Shown piece by piece: positions 44,700 through 55,149 of a DNA stretch of 64,000 nt (the first letter of the stretch is position 1; every line of letters begins with the position of its first letter). A program made the position numbers and the translations under genes. Source of the stretch: a virus (lineage: Duplodnaviria; Caudoviricetes); IMG/VR virus record IMGVR_UViG_2932572697_000002, positions 1-64,000 of that record. One strand, written 5' to 3'. The notes beneath the pieces are model-generated. The model worked only from the letters and a program-made list of their open reading frames with translations. It did no database searches and had not been told where the DNA came from.

Positions 44700-45479
44700 A
44701 TGAACCTCACCGATCCCGACATTCACCCGGCCGGCATCAGCCTGCCGCCCGGCACGATCATCGGCTACGTCGCCGGCCGCCCCATCTTCAACGTCGCGGG
44801 CGGCGCCCCGGACGACGACGAGATCGAAGTCGACGACACGGTCGACGAGGAGCCCGAGCCGGAAGAGGAGGTCGAGGAGCCGAATGGGGACCCGAAGCCG
44901 AAGCCCCCGGCCAAGGCGGCGGAAGCCCCGAAGCCGGGCGACGACGACTACGTCGCCCCGTCGAAGGATGAATGGGCGCGCACTCAGGCTGCGCTGAAGA
45001 AGGCCAACGACGACGCGAAGCGCCACCGGCTCCGCAACAAGGAGCTTGAGGAGAAGACCCGCGCTGATGAGACAGAGCACGAGAAGGCGCTGCGCCTCGC
45101 CCGGGAGGAAGGCGAGAAGCTGTACCGCGCCCCCCTGGTGAAGACGGCCGCCCGAGGCGCGCTCGTCGAGGCAGGGGCACTGTCGTTCCTGTCCGAGGAG
45201 AAGGAGCCGGAGAGTCGCGAAGCGAAGGACAAGGGGGAGTCGCGCCTCAACCGGCTGATGCGCCTGCTCGACACGGACGCCCTCGAAGTCGACGAGGATG
45301 GTGCCGTGTCCGGGCTGGAAGCCGCAGTGGACGACCTGCGCCAGGACTACCCGGAACTCTTCTCCGCTCCCGCACGCAAGACGAAGGTTCGGCCGAGCAT
45401 CGCCCCGAAGCCGCCGGCGGATGAGAAGCCGAAGTCGGCGGCGGAGCGGCACGCGGCGAAGGTGCTAGGCAACGCTTGA
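44700..45479 (+). CDS. Capsid scaffolding protein
   Basis: GGAGG RBS; acidic/Pro N-terminus, coiled coil, PELF; lies just before the MCP. Confidence 0.85.
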   Translation: MNLTDPDIHPAGISLPPGTIIGYVAGRPIFNVAGGAPDDDEIEVDDTVDEEPEPEEEVEEPNGDPKPKPPAKAAEAPKPGDDDYVAPSKDEWARTQAALKKANDDAKRHRLRNKELEEKTRADETEHEKALRLAREEGEKLYRAPLVKTAARGALVEAGALSFLSEEKEPESREAKDKGESRLNRLMRLLDTDALEVDEDGAVSGLEAAVDDLRQDYPELFSAPARKTKVRPSIAPKPPADEKPKSAAERHAAKVLGNA

Positions 45480-45614
45480 CATTCGAAGGTATATTCATCA
45501 CCAGATGAATTGATTCGGTGATCGAATCGAGGAATCGCCCTTGTATGCGAAGGCGCCCGTGATGGGGCCCGAGCCCACCAGCTTCCCCATCACGCCGCCC
45601 GCAGGAGGGCTCTC

Positions 45615-46520
45615 ATGGCACGTAACACCGTTGAGGCATGGATCCCCGAGGAGTACGGCTCCGAGGTCATCCAGCGGATCACCCAGACGTCCGTCGTCGA
45701 GGCCGTCGCCAACCGGGTCCCCATGTCGTCCGACACCCGCCACGTCCCCCGCTCCGCCGGGATGGGCGTCGAGGTCGTCGACAAGGGCGGGGCCTACGGC
45801 GAGGACGTCTCCAACAACGACGACGTCCTGCTCTATGCGAAGAAGTTCGGCAAGGTGCTCCGCATCGCCGAAGAGGACGTCGACGACTCCCTCGTCAACA
45901 TCCTCAACGTGAAGATGAAGGACTGGGGGATCTCCTACGCGAAGATCCTCGACAACGCGTCCCTCGCCGTCACCGCGGCCCCGGGTACCGGTGTCCCGTT
46001 CCAGTCGCTGTACTACCTGCTCAGCCAGACCGACAACAACCTCGGCTACACCGGCAGCAGCAACATCACCGTCGCGGGCACCGGCGGCGCGACCTACGCG
46101 AACTTCTCCGACGCGATCGGCCTCGTCGAGGCGGGCGACTACTACGACCCCGGCACGATGCTCGCCATCGCGCACCCGACGTTCAAGAAGTCCCTCCGCG
46201 GCATCCTCGACGGCCAGCAGCGCCCCATCTTCATCGAGGGCCTCGCCGGAACGCCGGACACCATCTTCGGTGTGCCGATCAAGTGGTCCCTCGGTGCCCG
46301 CACCTCGCCGGTCGCCACGTCGGCCCCGACCGGTCGCCCCATCATGGCGTTCGTCTCCACCGACCTCATGCACCTCGGCATCCGGTCCGGCCCCGAGTCC
46401 GTGTTCATCGACGGCCGCGACGGCACCAGCGCCCTGACCGACGAGTCGCTCCTCAAGATGCGCGCCCGCCGCGGCTTCGTGTACGGCCACCCGGCCGGCG
46501 CCTCCATCCTCGTCGGCTGA
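45615..46520 (+). CDS. Major capsid protein (HK97 fold)
   Basis: WIPEEY..VI.., IAEE..DDS, RPIF, IFGVPI; very high GC3; AGGAGG RBS. Confidence 0.92.
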   Translation: MARNTVEAWIPEEYGSEVIQRITQTSVVEAVANRVPMSSDTRHVPRSAGMGVEVVDKGGAYGEDVSNNDDVLLYAKKFGKVLRIAEEDVDDSLVNILNVKMKDWGISYAKILDNASLAVTAAPGTGVPFQSLYYLLSQTDNNLGYTGSSNITVAGTGGATYANFSDAIGLVEAGDYYDPGTMLAIAHPTFKKSLRGILDGQQRPIFIEGLAGTPDTIFGVPIKWSLGARTSPVATSAPTGRPIMAFVSTDLMHLGIRSGPESVFIDGRDGTSALTDESLLKMRARRGFVYGHPAGASILVG

Positions 46521-46585
46521 CCTTCCGTGCGATCCCCGTACCGTCCTCATGGCTGGGCGGTACGGGCCACCACAGGAGGTGAGCC

Positions 46586-47008
46586 ATGGCAACCAGCAAG
46601 CCCACCACCAAGGCCGCGGCGAAGAGCCCGCAGTCCGACGAGGCGAAGGTCCGCGCCAAGGAGTTTCCGGCCGTTGCCGGTGCCCCGGAGGTCGAGGTCG
46701 ACGAGCGGTCCCCGGACGGCTCCGACGGGCTCCGGCACATCAAGGAGTTCGTCGTCCCCAAGGCCACCTGGCCGTCCCGTGACGAGGACGAGGCGCACGA
46801 GGCGAACGCGGCGGCGGTCGCCAACGAGGCCATCCAGCGGGGCCTCCACCCCCGCGGTGTCGCCCGCTTCGACGGCACTGAGGAGCACCCGGACGGCCTG
46901 TCGCTGACCCTGCGCTACTCGGTACAGGTCGTGCCGTCGTCCATCGACCACAACGCCCCGGACACCACCACGCCGCGCGACGTCCTCACCCGCGACGGCG
47001 AGGACTGA
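46586..47008 (+). CDS. Virion-associated hypothetical protein
   Basis: AGGAGG RBS; between MCP and adaptor. Confidence 0.75.
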   Translation: MATSKPTTKAAAKSPQSDEAKVRAKEFPAVAGAPEVEVDERSPDGSDGLRHIKEFVVPKATWPSRDEDEAHEANAAAVANEAIQRGLHPRGVARFDGTEEHPDGLSLTLRYSVQVVPSSIDHNAPDTTTPRDVLTRDGED

Positions 47009-47009
47009 C

Positions 47010-47441
47010 ATGGGCAGTGTCTGGGCAACGCCGCAGCAGGTCGACGCCACCGGTGTGGCCGTGACCGCGCAGCTGCTTGCCCAGGCACAGGACGACATCG
47101 AAATCTTCTCCGGCCGGATCTATGCCGACACCGACCGGATCCGGGCCAGGGACGTGCACTGGCTGGGCGCGGCGGTCGCCCGACAGGCCGCCTGGCTGAC
47201 CGAGCAGTACGACGTTGCGACCCGCCTCGATGCCACCGAGACCTCCCAGGACGGTGTCAGCAACAAGCTGACGGCGGACGGGGCAGTCCTGGCGCCGATG
47301 GCGGGCAAGGCGCTGCGCCGCTGCTCCTGGATGCGGTCCCGCACCGTGCACGTCGGCGCCCCGTTCGAAGGCGGCCGGTACGTCACCAACCAGCTACTGG
47401 AGTCAGGGGACGACGGCCAGGCGTGGAGGCCGATGCCATGA
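47010..47441 (+). CDS. Head-to-tail adaptor (putative)
   Basis: WATP..V, AVARQAAW, LAP.A..AL; synteny. Confidence 0.7.
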   Translation: MGSVWATPQQVDATGVAVTAQLLAQAQDDIEIFSGRIYADTDRIRARDVHWLGAAVARQAAWLTEQYDVATRLDATETSQDGVSNKLTADGAVLAPMAGKALRRCSWMRSRTVHVGAPFEGGRYVTNQLLESGDDGQAWRPMP

Positions 47442-47767
47442 GAGCCATCGCCAACACCAGGGTCACCGTCCTCACCGGCACCAGCTTCGACGGCTGGGGC
47501 GACACCGTCGACAACAACACCGTCGCCGTGTCCGGGATCCCCGCGTCACTGGTGGAGCGGTCCCGGCTGATCACCACACCGGAGCAGCCCACCCCCCGCG
47601 TCATCCGCTACACCGTCGGCCGGCTCCCGGGCCGCACCCCGGTGGGGCCGGAGGACCGGATCCGCGACGACCGCACCGGTGCCATCTACGCCATCACCGC
47701 CGTCACCCCGCCCAGTGGGGTCGGCCACCAACCTGACCTGCGACTGGACCTGAAACGCGTCACCTGA
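47438..47767 (+). CDS. Head-to-tail stopper (putative)
   Basis: D.WG, DRI.D..TG.IY.I; synteny. Confidence 0.7.
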   Translation: MRAIANTRVTVLTGTSFDGWGDTVDNNTVAVSGIPASLVERSRLITTPEQPTPRVIRYTVGRLPGRTPVGPEDRIRDDRTGAIYAITAVTPPSGVGHQPDLRLDLKRVT

Positions 47768-47847
47768 ACCACCGGCCGTGCGGGCCACTCCCGGGGAGAC
47801 CGGGATCCGCACGACCACCGAACAACCCGAGCCGGAGAGGAGCGGGC

Positions 47848-48204
47848 ATGCAGATCGACCACGCATCCATCGAAGCGCACCTCGGCATCGCCGAGAACGA
47901 GCTCCTCGACCACCTCGGGGAGCTCATCAAGGCGGATGCCCGCGAGTTCGCACCGAAGGACACCGGCACACTCGCCGCGTCGATCGACCACGAGGTCGAC
48001 GACCAGGTGTTGCGCGTCGGCTCGAACCTGGACCGGGCGATCTGGATGGAAGAGGGCACGAAGCCGCACGTCATCCGCCCGAAGAACGCCAGGGCGCTGT
48101 TCTGGCCCGGCGCCGAACACCCTTGGGCGCTCGTCAACCACCCCGGCACCATGGCCCAGCCGTTCCTTCGTCCCGCCTTGTGGATCCGACGGGAGGCGGC
48201 GTGA
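47848..48204 (+). CDS. HK97 gp10-like tail completion protein
   Basis: APKDTGTLAASI..EEGT..HPGT.AQPFLRPAL. Confidence 0.85.
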   Translation: MQIDHASIEAHLGIAENELLDHLGELIKADAREFAPKDTGTLAASIDHEVDDQVLRVGSNLDRAIWMEEGTKPHVIRPKNARALFWPGAEHPWALVNHPGTMAQPFLRPALWIRREAA

Positions 48205-48689
48205 TGGCCACCATCCTCAAGCGCGCCACCACCGACCTCGTAGCCATCGCCTGGCTGAAGGATCTGGTCGGGGACATCGTCGCCACCGCCGTGCCCCGCC
48301 TGCCCGAGACGGGCATCCCCACCTGGGCTGAGACCGGGTTCGTCACGGTCCACACGTCCAGCGGCGGCGCCAACATGTACGTCCCCATGCGCATGCCCGT
48401 CGTTCTCGTCGACTGCTGGGCAGCCTCACCCAACAGCGTCAAGCCGCCGTGGAACAAGGCGACCGCCCTGGCGGAGACCATCGTCGCCGGCTGCCTCGAC
48501 CACCAGAGCAACCCCCGGCTCCTCACCCTCCCGGCTGGCTACCCGCACGCCCGGGTGCTGTCCGCGTACACGGTGCAGGAACCCCGCCGCCCCGTCATCC
48601 CCGGCGGCGGTGAAGCCTCGGCGGACCTTGGTTCGTGGGCGCGGATCGTGATGGCGCTGCAGCTGCACTGGGTGGAGGTCGGCTCATGA
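48204..48689 (+). CDS. Tail terminator (putative)
   Basis: PVVLVDCWA; synteny. Confidence 0.7.
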   Translation: MATILKRATTDLVAIAWLKDLVGDIVATAVPRLPETGIPTWAETGFVTVHTSSGGANMYVPMRMPVVLVDCWAASPNSVKPPWNKATALAETIVAGCLDHQSNPRLLTLPAGYPHARVLSAYTVQEPRRPVIPGGGEASADLGSWARIVMALQLHWVEVGS

Positions 48690-48916
48690 CCACCACCCGC
48701 TGGGCGATCGAAGGCCCCCGCTCCCGCGACCTCCTCACCCATGGCGGCCGGGTCATCGTCCACGGCAACCGCCACGAACTTGAGTGGATCATCACGGGCG
48801 CACGCATCGTGCAATGCCCCCGCAGCATCCCGCCCGAGCAGACCATCGGCCTGCGCTGGCTGCCCCAGTTCGAGGGCGTCACCTGGCCGCTGCGCCGCGA
48901 GGAGTGGCGCACATGA
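48686..48916 (+). CDS. Hypothetical protein
   Basis: ATGA overlap; LLTHGGRVIVH..R.ELEW. Confidence 0.65.
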   Translation: MTTTRWAIEGPRSRDLLTHGGRVIVHGNRHELEWIITGARIVQCPRSIPPEQTIGLRWLPQFEGVTWPLRREEWRT

Positions 48917-48977
48917 ACTTCTCCCTCCACGCCCCCACCCAGCGGCCCATCCGGGTCACAACTCTAGGAGGACCGCC

Positions 48978-49541
48978 ATGGCGGTGGACCCCGACAACCT
49001 AATCCAGGGCCCGGCGACGCTGTACCGGGGTGCGTTCGGAGCCGCGGAGCCGGCCGACTCGGCGCTGAACTCGACGCCAGCCGCGTCCGCGTGGTCCGAC
49101 GTCGGCGGTACGACGGACGGCGTGAAGCTCGCCATCGAGAACACCTACGGGGAGCTGGAGGTCGACCAGATCGTCGACCGTGTCGGCTCCCGCCTGACGA
49201 AGCGCAACACCAGCGTCGAGACGAACATGGCAGAGGTCACCCTCGGGAACCTCGCCTACGCCCTCAACGGCGGTACCACCGCGTCCGGTTCGGGCTACCA
49301 GACCTACGAGCCGAACGACTCGTCCTCAGCCACCCAGCCCGCCTACTCGGCCGTGCTGTTCGACGGGTGGGCCCCTGACCTGGCCCGCCGCCGGGTCATC
49401 GTCCGCAAGGTGCTGTCCGTCGACTCCATCGAGCTGGCGTACACGAAGGACAAGCAGACCGTCCTGAAGGTCAAGCTCCAGGCGCACTACGTCAGCCCGT
49501 CGGTAAAGACCTACAAGATCGTCGACGGCATCGTTCCGTAA
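48978..49541 (+). CDS. Major tail protein
   Basis: NLIQGPA, W.DVGGTTDGV, EVDQ; upstream of the chaperone. Confidence 0.85.
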   Translation: MAVDPDNLIQGPATLYRGAFGAAEPADSALNSTPAASAWSDVGGTTDGVKLAIENTYGELEVDQIVDRVGSRLTKRNTSVETNMAEVTLGNLAYALNGGTTASGSGYQTYEPNDSSSATQPAYSAVLFDGWAPDLARRRVIVRKVLSVDSIELAYTKDKQTVLKVKLQAHYVSPSVKTYKIVDGIVP

Positions 49542-49626
49542 CCCCTCAAGCGGCCGGGCCCGAAACCTGTGGAGGGAGGCGGGCCCGGCCACCTCCCTCC
49601 ACCCCTCCACAGAAACGGAACAGGTC

Positions 49627-50028
49627 ATGGCCGCCAACGCTCGAACCGCCACGAAGAAGCGCACCAGCCCCAAGCCCAAGGCTGCCCCCGAGGTCGCCGA
49701 GGACTTCGAGCCGGTACGCCTCACCTCCAAGCCCGCCGACACGGCCGAACGGATCGTCCTCTTCTACGTCGACGACCAGGAGTTCTCGATCCCCAAGCAG
49801 GTCGGCCGCAACCACGGGCTGCGCTACCTGCGCACCATGCGCAAGCAGGGCGAGGCGCTTGCCGCCCAGGAGCTCCTCGAAGTCCTCATCGGCGAGGACG
49901 GCTACACCGCGCTCATGGACTGCGACGACCTCACTGACGAACAGCTCGACCAGATCATGAACCGGCTCCGCGACATGGCCCTCGGCGAGGTCGAGGACGA
50001 GGCGGGGGGAAAAGCCAAGGGCCGCTGA
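49627..50028 (+). CDS. Tail assembly chaperone (gpG)
   Basis: Located before the TMP; slippery GGGGGAAAA near its end. Confidence 0.85.
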   Translation: MAANARTATKKRTSPKPKAAPEVAEDFEPVRLTSKPADTAERIVLFYVDDQEFSIPKQVGRNHGLRYLRTMRKQGEALAAQELLEVLIGEDGYTALMDCDDLTDEQLDQIMNRLRDMALGEVEDEAGGKAKGR

Positions 50029-50456
50029 CCGCAGGGGCCTGGACCTGGTGGCATCTGGCCGCTGCCACCCTCCCCTGGATCACCGCCCTGACCGACCAAG
50101 CCACCTCGCCCCCCTGGGCCGAAGAGTGGCGGACCCGCAGCGACCAAGTCGGCTGGGTTCTCGCCTATCAGCGGGACCTGGACGCGGACTTCCTGGCCCA
50201 CTACGGCATCGACCTGGAGGAGGACGACATGACCGGACCCCGGTTCTTCGCCCTTGCCCAGCGCACCTTCGCGTACTCCGGCGTCATGGCCGCACGCGCC
50301 GCCGAACAGGAAAACGACACCAGCTCCACGCCCCGCACAGCCCCACGTACCGAGCCGACTCCCGCACCGGAACCCGCACAGGTCCAGTCCGTGGCCGCCC
50401 TCGCCGCCCGGTACCCGGAGGAGATCGAACTGGTGAGAGTGGTGGCCGATGGGTGA
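49627..50456 (+). CDS. Tail assembly chaperone, -1 frameshift product (gpGT)
   Basis: GGG GGA AAA at 50005-50013; the -1 frame is open to 50456 (DLDADFLAHYGIDL..MTGPRFF). Confidence 0.85.
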
Positions 50457-53400
50457 GTTCAGGCTGGCCGGCGCCTACGTCGAGGCGCGCATGGACCGCA
50501 CCAAGCTCAACGCGGACATTGCGAAGCTCCAGCGGGAGAAGGTCACCCTCAAAGCCCGGGTGGAACTGGACACCAGGGAAGCGGACCGGCGCATCGTCCG
50601 ACTGGTCCGCGACCGCCGCGTCAAGGTCGGCGTCGATCTGGACGAGCGGGCTGTCACGGCGTCGCTGCAGCGGCTGACCCGCGACCGCGCCATGCAGGTC
50701 AAGATCGACCTGGACGACAGGGCGTTGACCCGCCTGGCCAGCCGCCGCGTCGACATCAACGCCACGCTCAACGAGGCAGCCCTGCGGCGCACCGAACGGG
50801 CGCTCGACAAGCTGACCGCAGACCGCACGGTCCGCATCCTCGCCACGGCTGACACCCGGGTCGCAGCGGACGAGATCCGCAACCTCACCCGCCGCCAGAG
50901 GGTGCGCATCGGTGTCGACGTCGACACCCGGGTCGCCGCCAACGACATCGCGAACCTCACCCGGCGACGCATGCTCCGCGTCACCGCAGACGCCGACACC
51001 GCCGCCGCCGCCAACAGCCTCCGCTTCCTCACCCGCGACCGGCGGATCAACATCCGCACCAGCATGCTCGGCCTCGGCAACCTCGGCAGCCTCGGCTCCA
51101 GCCTCGGATCCTCCGCCTCCTCCGCCGGGATCCTCGGCAGCCGGTTCATGATGCTCGCCTCAGCCGCCCTCCTGGCCCTGCCGGCCGTGGCATCCCTGGG
51201 GCAGGCCATCGTCCAGATGGGACCCGCTGCCGCCCTTGCCGTCCCCGCACTGGGCTCGCTGATCACGATGGGTGCCGCACTGGGCGTGGGCCTGCACGGT
51301 GTCGGCACGGCGTTCAAGTCGGCGTTCGAGACCGGCGCCTCTTCGGCGACCGCAGCAGTGTCAGCCGCCCGCGCCGTGGAGTCCGCGCAGATCAACGTCG
51401 CCCGGTCCGCCCGCTCCCTCAAGGAAGCACAGGTCGACGCGGCCCGGCAGATCGCCGACGCGCAGAAGCGGGTCCAGGACGCCGTTGAGGACGTTCGCGA
51501 CGCCGAAGTGCAAGCCGCCGCAGACCGGCGGGCGGCGCTGCAGCGGGTAGCCGACGCTGAACGCGACCTCGCCGACGCCCAGGCGGACGCAACCCGAGCG
51601 CAAGAGAACCTCAACGACGCGCGTAAAACCGCCGCCGACCAACTCCAAGACCTCGCGAACCGCCTGACGTCCGCCGAACTGGACCAGCGTGACGCGGTCA
51701 TGGACGTCGCCGACGCGGAGAAGGCACTCAGCACCCTGAAGGCGAAGGGTTCTGCGGCGAACGCCGAAGACCTGGCCCGCGCCCAGCTCGCCTACGACAA
51801 GGCTGTACAGCGCCTGAAGGAGCAGCGGCTCGAAACGCAGCGTCTCCAGGAGGAGAACGCCGCCGCGGCGAAGGCGGGCATTGAGGGCTCCGACGGGGTC
51901 AAGGCGGCCCACGAGCGGGTCGCCGACGCGCAGCGGAGCGTGAGCGACAAGGCCCGCAGTGTGGGGGAGGCGCAGGCGAACGCGGCGGCGGTCGCGAAGG
52001 CTGGTGCCGAGTCGGTGCGCGATGCGCAGGAGGCGCTGGCTGCCGCCCAGCAGGGTGTGGCGGACGCCCAGGTGGCCGCGTCCCGCCGAGTTCGCGGCGC
52101 CCAGGAGGCGCTGGCCGATGCGAACCGCGCCGTGGCCGCCGCGATGGCGCAGGGGTCGACAGAGGCGACGAAGTTCAACGACGCCATGTCCCAGCTGTCC
52201 CCGAACGCCCGTAGCTTCGTGAACGCCGTGAAGGGCATCGCCCCGGCCTGGTCCGCGGTCCGTGTGGACGTTCAGGACGCCCTGTTCAGGGGGCTCGGCG
52301 ACACTCTGACCCGCATGTCGACTGCGGTGCTGCCTGCGGTGCAGACCGGCCTTGTCGGCATGGCCTCGGTCCTCAACGGCATGGCAACGAGTCTGATGGA
52401 CACGTTTGCCACCCTTGGCAAGAGCGGCACCCTGGCGCAAATGTTCAGTGGGCTCACCGCCGGGATGCAGCCTCTGGTGCAGGTGCCGGGGCAGATCGCG
52501 CAGGCATTCGTCCAACTGTCCGTCGCCGCCTCACCGGCGTTCACGCGCATGACGACGGCCGCAGGCGAGGCAGCAACCAGGATCTCCGACAAGCTCTCAG
52601 AAGCGTTCGCGTCGGGCCGACTGGAGACGGCGATCGAGACTGCGGTCGGTGTCGTCAAGCAGTTCGGTGCCCTGCTTGGCGACATCTTCGGGACGGTCGG
52701 GAACATCCTCAAGGCCGCCGGTGCCGGTGCCGGAGATGCCCTGGGTGGGCTCGGCGCCGTCTTCCAGGAGCTGCGCCGCATCACCGCGATGCCTGAAGTG
52801 CAGAAGATGCTCACCACGATCTTCACGGCCGTCAACGCCATCGCCAAGCTGATTGCGACCACCCTCGGTGCCGTAATCATGGCGGTGCTGCCCCTCCTCA
52901 CCGCCCTCGCACCCACCATCACCGCCCTTGCGGAAGCGCTTGGCCCGGTCCTTGCGCGACTGGCCCAGGCCCTCGGCGAAGCACTCATGCCGATCATGAA
53001 GGCGCTGCTCCCGATCGTCGATACGGTCGGCGCCGCACTGATTGACGTCGTCACGGCGGTGATGCCGCTGTTGGCCCCGGTTGGCGCGCTCATCGCAGCC
53101 ATCGTGGCGGCCATAGCCCCCGTCATCTCCGTCGTTCTCGACACCGTCGTGACGATGGCCGGGTCCTTGTCCTCGATGCTGCTGCCGGTCATACAGTCGC
53201 TGATTCCCGTCATCACCCTGATCGGCCAACTGTTTGCCGACCTGGCCCCCGCGTTCGCTCAGATCACGCTGGCGCTGCTGCCACTGATCCCTCCGCTGGG
53301 AGTTCTGGCGGTGTCGATGTCGAAGCTCCTCGTGGAAGTCCTGACCCCGCTGATCCCGGTCATCGTCAAGCTGGCCGGCGTCGTTGCCGGGATGCTCGCG

Positions 53401-55149
53401 GAGGCCATCGCCACATTCGTGACGGTCCTGACTCGGGTCATCGGGGAGATCCAGAAGTTCGTGGACGCGGTGACCGCCGGCGTCGAGTGGGTGGTCGAGA
53501 AGTTCGAGTGGCTCTACGACGTCCTCGTCGGCCACAGCATCATCCCTGACCTCGTCAAGGAGATCGTCCGGTGGTTCACGGACCTGTGGGCGAAGACGAA
53601 GAAGATTTTCACCGACCTGAAGGACGGGGTCGTGAAAATCTGGACCAGCTTGTGGAACGGCCTCAGGGAGAAGTGGAACAGCTTCTACGCCCAGCTCAAG
53701 TCGTCCATCGGCTCTGCGTGGACCAGCGTCAAGAACTCGGTGAGCTCACTGCGGACCAGCGTCACCAACACGTGGACCGGCCTGTGGAACAGCGCCCGGG
53801 ACAAGGTGACGTCGACGTTCTCCTCGATCCGAGGCAAGATCAGCGACTTCCGCAGCAGCATGACCACCGCGTTTAGCACGCTGCGGGACGGCATCGGGAA
53901 AATCTGGAGCGGCATCCAGAGCAAGCTCGCCTCCCCCATCAAGTGGGTGGTGGGCAACGTCTACAACGATGGCGTTCGCAAGATGTGGAACACCATCGCC
54001 GGGAAGATCAACAGCAAGATCGTCCTCCCCGCGATCGGCCTCAAGTTCGCGAAGGGCGGCATCGTCCCCGGGCAGGGAACCGGCGACACCGTCCCCGCCA
54101 TGCTCACCCCCAACGAACGCGTCCTGTCCCTGAACCAGGTCGCCCAGCTCGGCGGCCACCGGGCCATCGATGCCATGCTCGGCAAGGACCGCTCCGAAGG
54201 CCGCACCGGCGGCAACCCCGACAACCGCGTCGCCCAGGGCATGCAGAAATTCGACAAGGGCGGCATCGTCGGCACCCTCTCCAGCATCGGCGGAGCCATC
54301 AGCGGCGGCATCGACTGGGCGAAAGACCTCGTCATCGGCGGCCTCAAGTCCGCCGCCCAGAAAGCCATCAGCAGCGTCGTCCGCCCCCTCATCAACCAGA
54401 TACCGGGCGGCTCATCCCCCTACGGGCGCCTCACCAAGGGGGTCCCCAACAACCTCCTCGACAAGATGCTCGGCTTCCTCGGCAACGAGGACAAGAAGGC
54501 CGTCGGCGGCCCCAGTGTGCAGCGCGGCCTTGCCTGGGCCCGCACCCAGCACGGCAAGGCCTACCAGTGGGGAGGAAACGGAAACCCGAGCTGGGACTGC
54601 TCCGGCCTGGTCTCCGCGATCGAGTCCGTCATCCGCGGCGAGTCCCCGCACCGCCGGTGGGCCACAGGTGCGTTCAGCGGCAACACGGCCCCCGGCGGCT
54701 GGGTGCGCAACCTCAGCAGCCCCTACCAGATCGGCATCACTAACGCCGGTGTCGGCCACACCGCCGGCACGATCGCCGGCGTCAACGTCGAGTCCAGAGG
54801 CGGTGACGGTGTCGTCATTGGCTCCGGAGCCCGCGGCGTCAACTCCGCCATGTGGACCGACCGGTACGGGTACGCGCCCGCCACGAAGTACGACACCGGC
54901 GGCCTTCTCCAGCCCGGCCGCACCCTCGTCGACAACCAGACTGGCAAGCCCGAAGCCGTACTCACCGCCGAGGAGCGGGCTGCGTTCGAGGACATAGTCC
55001 GCAACGGCGCCGGGATCACCATCGGGAACATCAACGTCAACGGCACTTTCGACCTGTCCAGCCCGACCAGCCGCAAGGCTGCAGCAGAAGCCATGGTCTC
55101 GGAGATGAACGAGGCGCTCCGCAACTGGAACAGGGGCCGTCAGCGATGA
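50449..55149 (+). CDS. Tape measure protein with C-terminal NlpC/P60-like peptidoglycan hydrolase domain
   Basis: 1566 aa, Ala-rich coiled coil with periodic W repeats; YQWGG..WDCSGLV..GHT. Confidence 0.95.
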   Translation: MGEFRLAGAYVEARMDRTKLNADIAKLQREKVTLKARVELDTREADRRIVRLVRDRRVKVGVDLDERAVTASLQRLTRDRAMQVKIDLDDRALTRLASRRVDINATLNEAALRRTERALDKLTADRTVRILATADTRVAADEIRNLTRRQRVRIGVDVDTRVAANDIANLTRRRMLRVTADADTAAAANSLRFLTRDRRINIRTSMLGLGNLGSLGSSLGSSASSAGILGSRFMMLASAALLALPAVASLGQAIVQMGPAAALAVPALGSLITMGAALGVGLHGVGTAFKSAFETGASSATAAVSAARAVESAQINVARSARSLKEAQVDAARQIADAQKRVQDAVEDVRDAEVQAAADRRAALQRVADAERDLADAQADATRAQENLNDARKTAADQLQDLANRLTSAELDQRDAVMDVADAEKALSTLKAKGSAANAEDLARAQLAYDKAVQRLKEQRLETQRLQEENAAAAKAGIEGSDGVKAAHERVADAQRSVSDKARSVGEAQANAAAVAKAGAESVRDAQEALAAAQQGVADAQVAASRRVRGAQEALADANRAVAAAMAQGSTEATKFNDAMSQLSPNARSFVNAVKGIAPAWSAVRVDVQDALFRGLGDTLTRMSTAVLPAVQTGLVGMASVLNGMATSLMDTFATLGKSGTLAQMFSGLTAGMQPLVQVPGQIAQAFVQLSVAASPAFTRMTTAAGEAATRISDKLSEAFASGRLETAIETAVGVVKQFGALLGDIFGTVGNILKAAGAGAGDALGGLGAVFQELRRITAMPEVQKMLTTIFTAVNAIAKLIATTLGAVIMAVLPLLTALAPTITALAEALGPVLARLAQALGEALMPIMKALLPIVDTVGAALIDVVTAVMPLLAPVGALIAAIVAAIAPVISVVLDTVVTMAGSLSSMLLPVIQSLIPVITLIGQLFADLAPAFAQITLALLPLIPPLGVLAVSMSKLLVEVLTPLIPVIVKLAGVVAGMLAEAIATFVTVLTRVIGEIQKFVDAVTAGVEWVVEKFEWLYDVLVGHSIIPDLVKEIVRWFTDLWAKTKKIFTDLKDGVVKIWTSLWNGLREKWNSFYAQLKSSIGSAWTSVKNSVSSLRTSVTNTWTGLWNSARDKVTSTFSSIRGKISDFRSSMTTAFSTLRDGIGKIWSGIQSKLASPIKWVVGNVYNDGVRKMWNTIAGKINSKIVLPAIGLKFAKGGIVPGQGTGDTVPAMLTPNERVLSLNQVAQLGGHRAIDAMLGKDRSEGRTGGNPDNRVAQGMQKFDKGGIVGTLSSIGGAISGGIDWAKDLVIGGLKSAAQKAISSVVRPLINQIPGGSSPYGRLTKGVPNNLLDKMLGFLGNEDKKAVGGPSVQRGLAWARTQHGKAYQWGGNGNPSWDCSGLVSAIESVIRGESPHRRWATGAFSGNTAPGGWVRNLSSPYQIGITNAGVGHTAGTIAGVNVESRGGDGVVIGSGARGVNSAMWTDRYGYAPATKYDTGGLLQPGRTLVDNQTGKPEAVLTAEERAAFEDIVRNGAGITIGNINVNGTFDLSSPTSRKAAAEAMVSEMNEALRNWNRGRQR

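Noticed and set aside
48913-49002. Short ORF MNFSLHAP.. overlapping the major tail gene start
   Set aside because: Overlaps the MTP RBS and start in another frame, with no supporting motif.
50500-51060. Imperfect repeats at the start of the tape measure gene (LTRDR/LTRRR units)
   Set aside because: Ordinary TMP protein-level periodicity.
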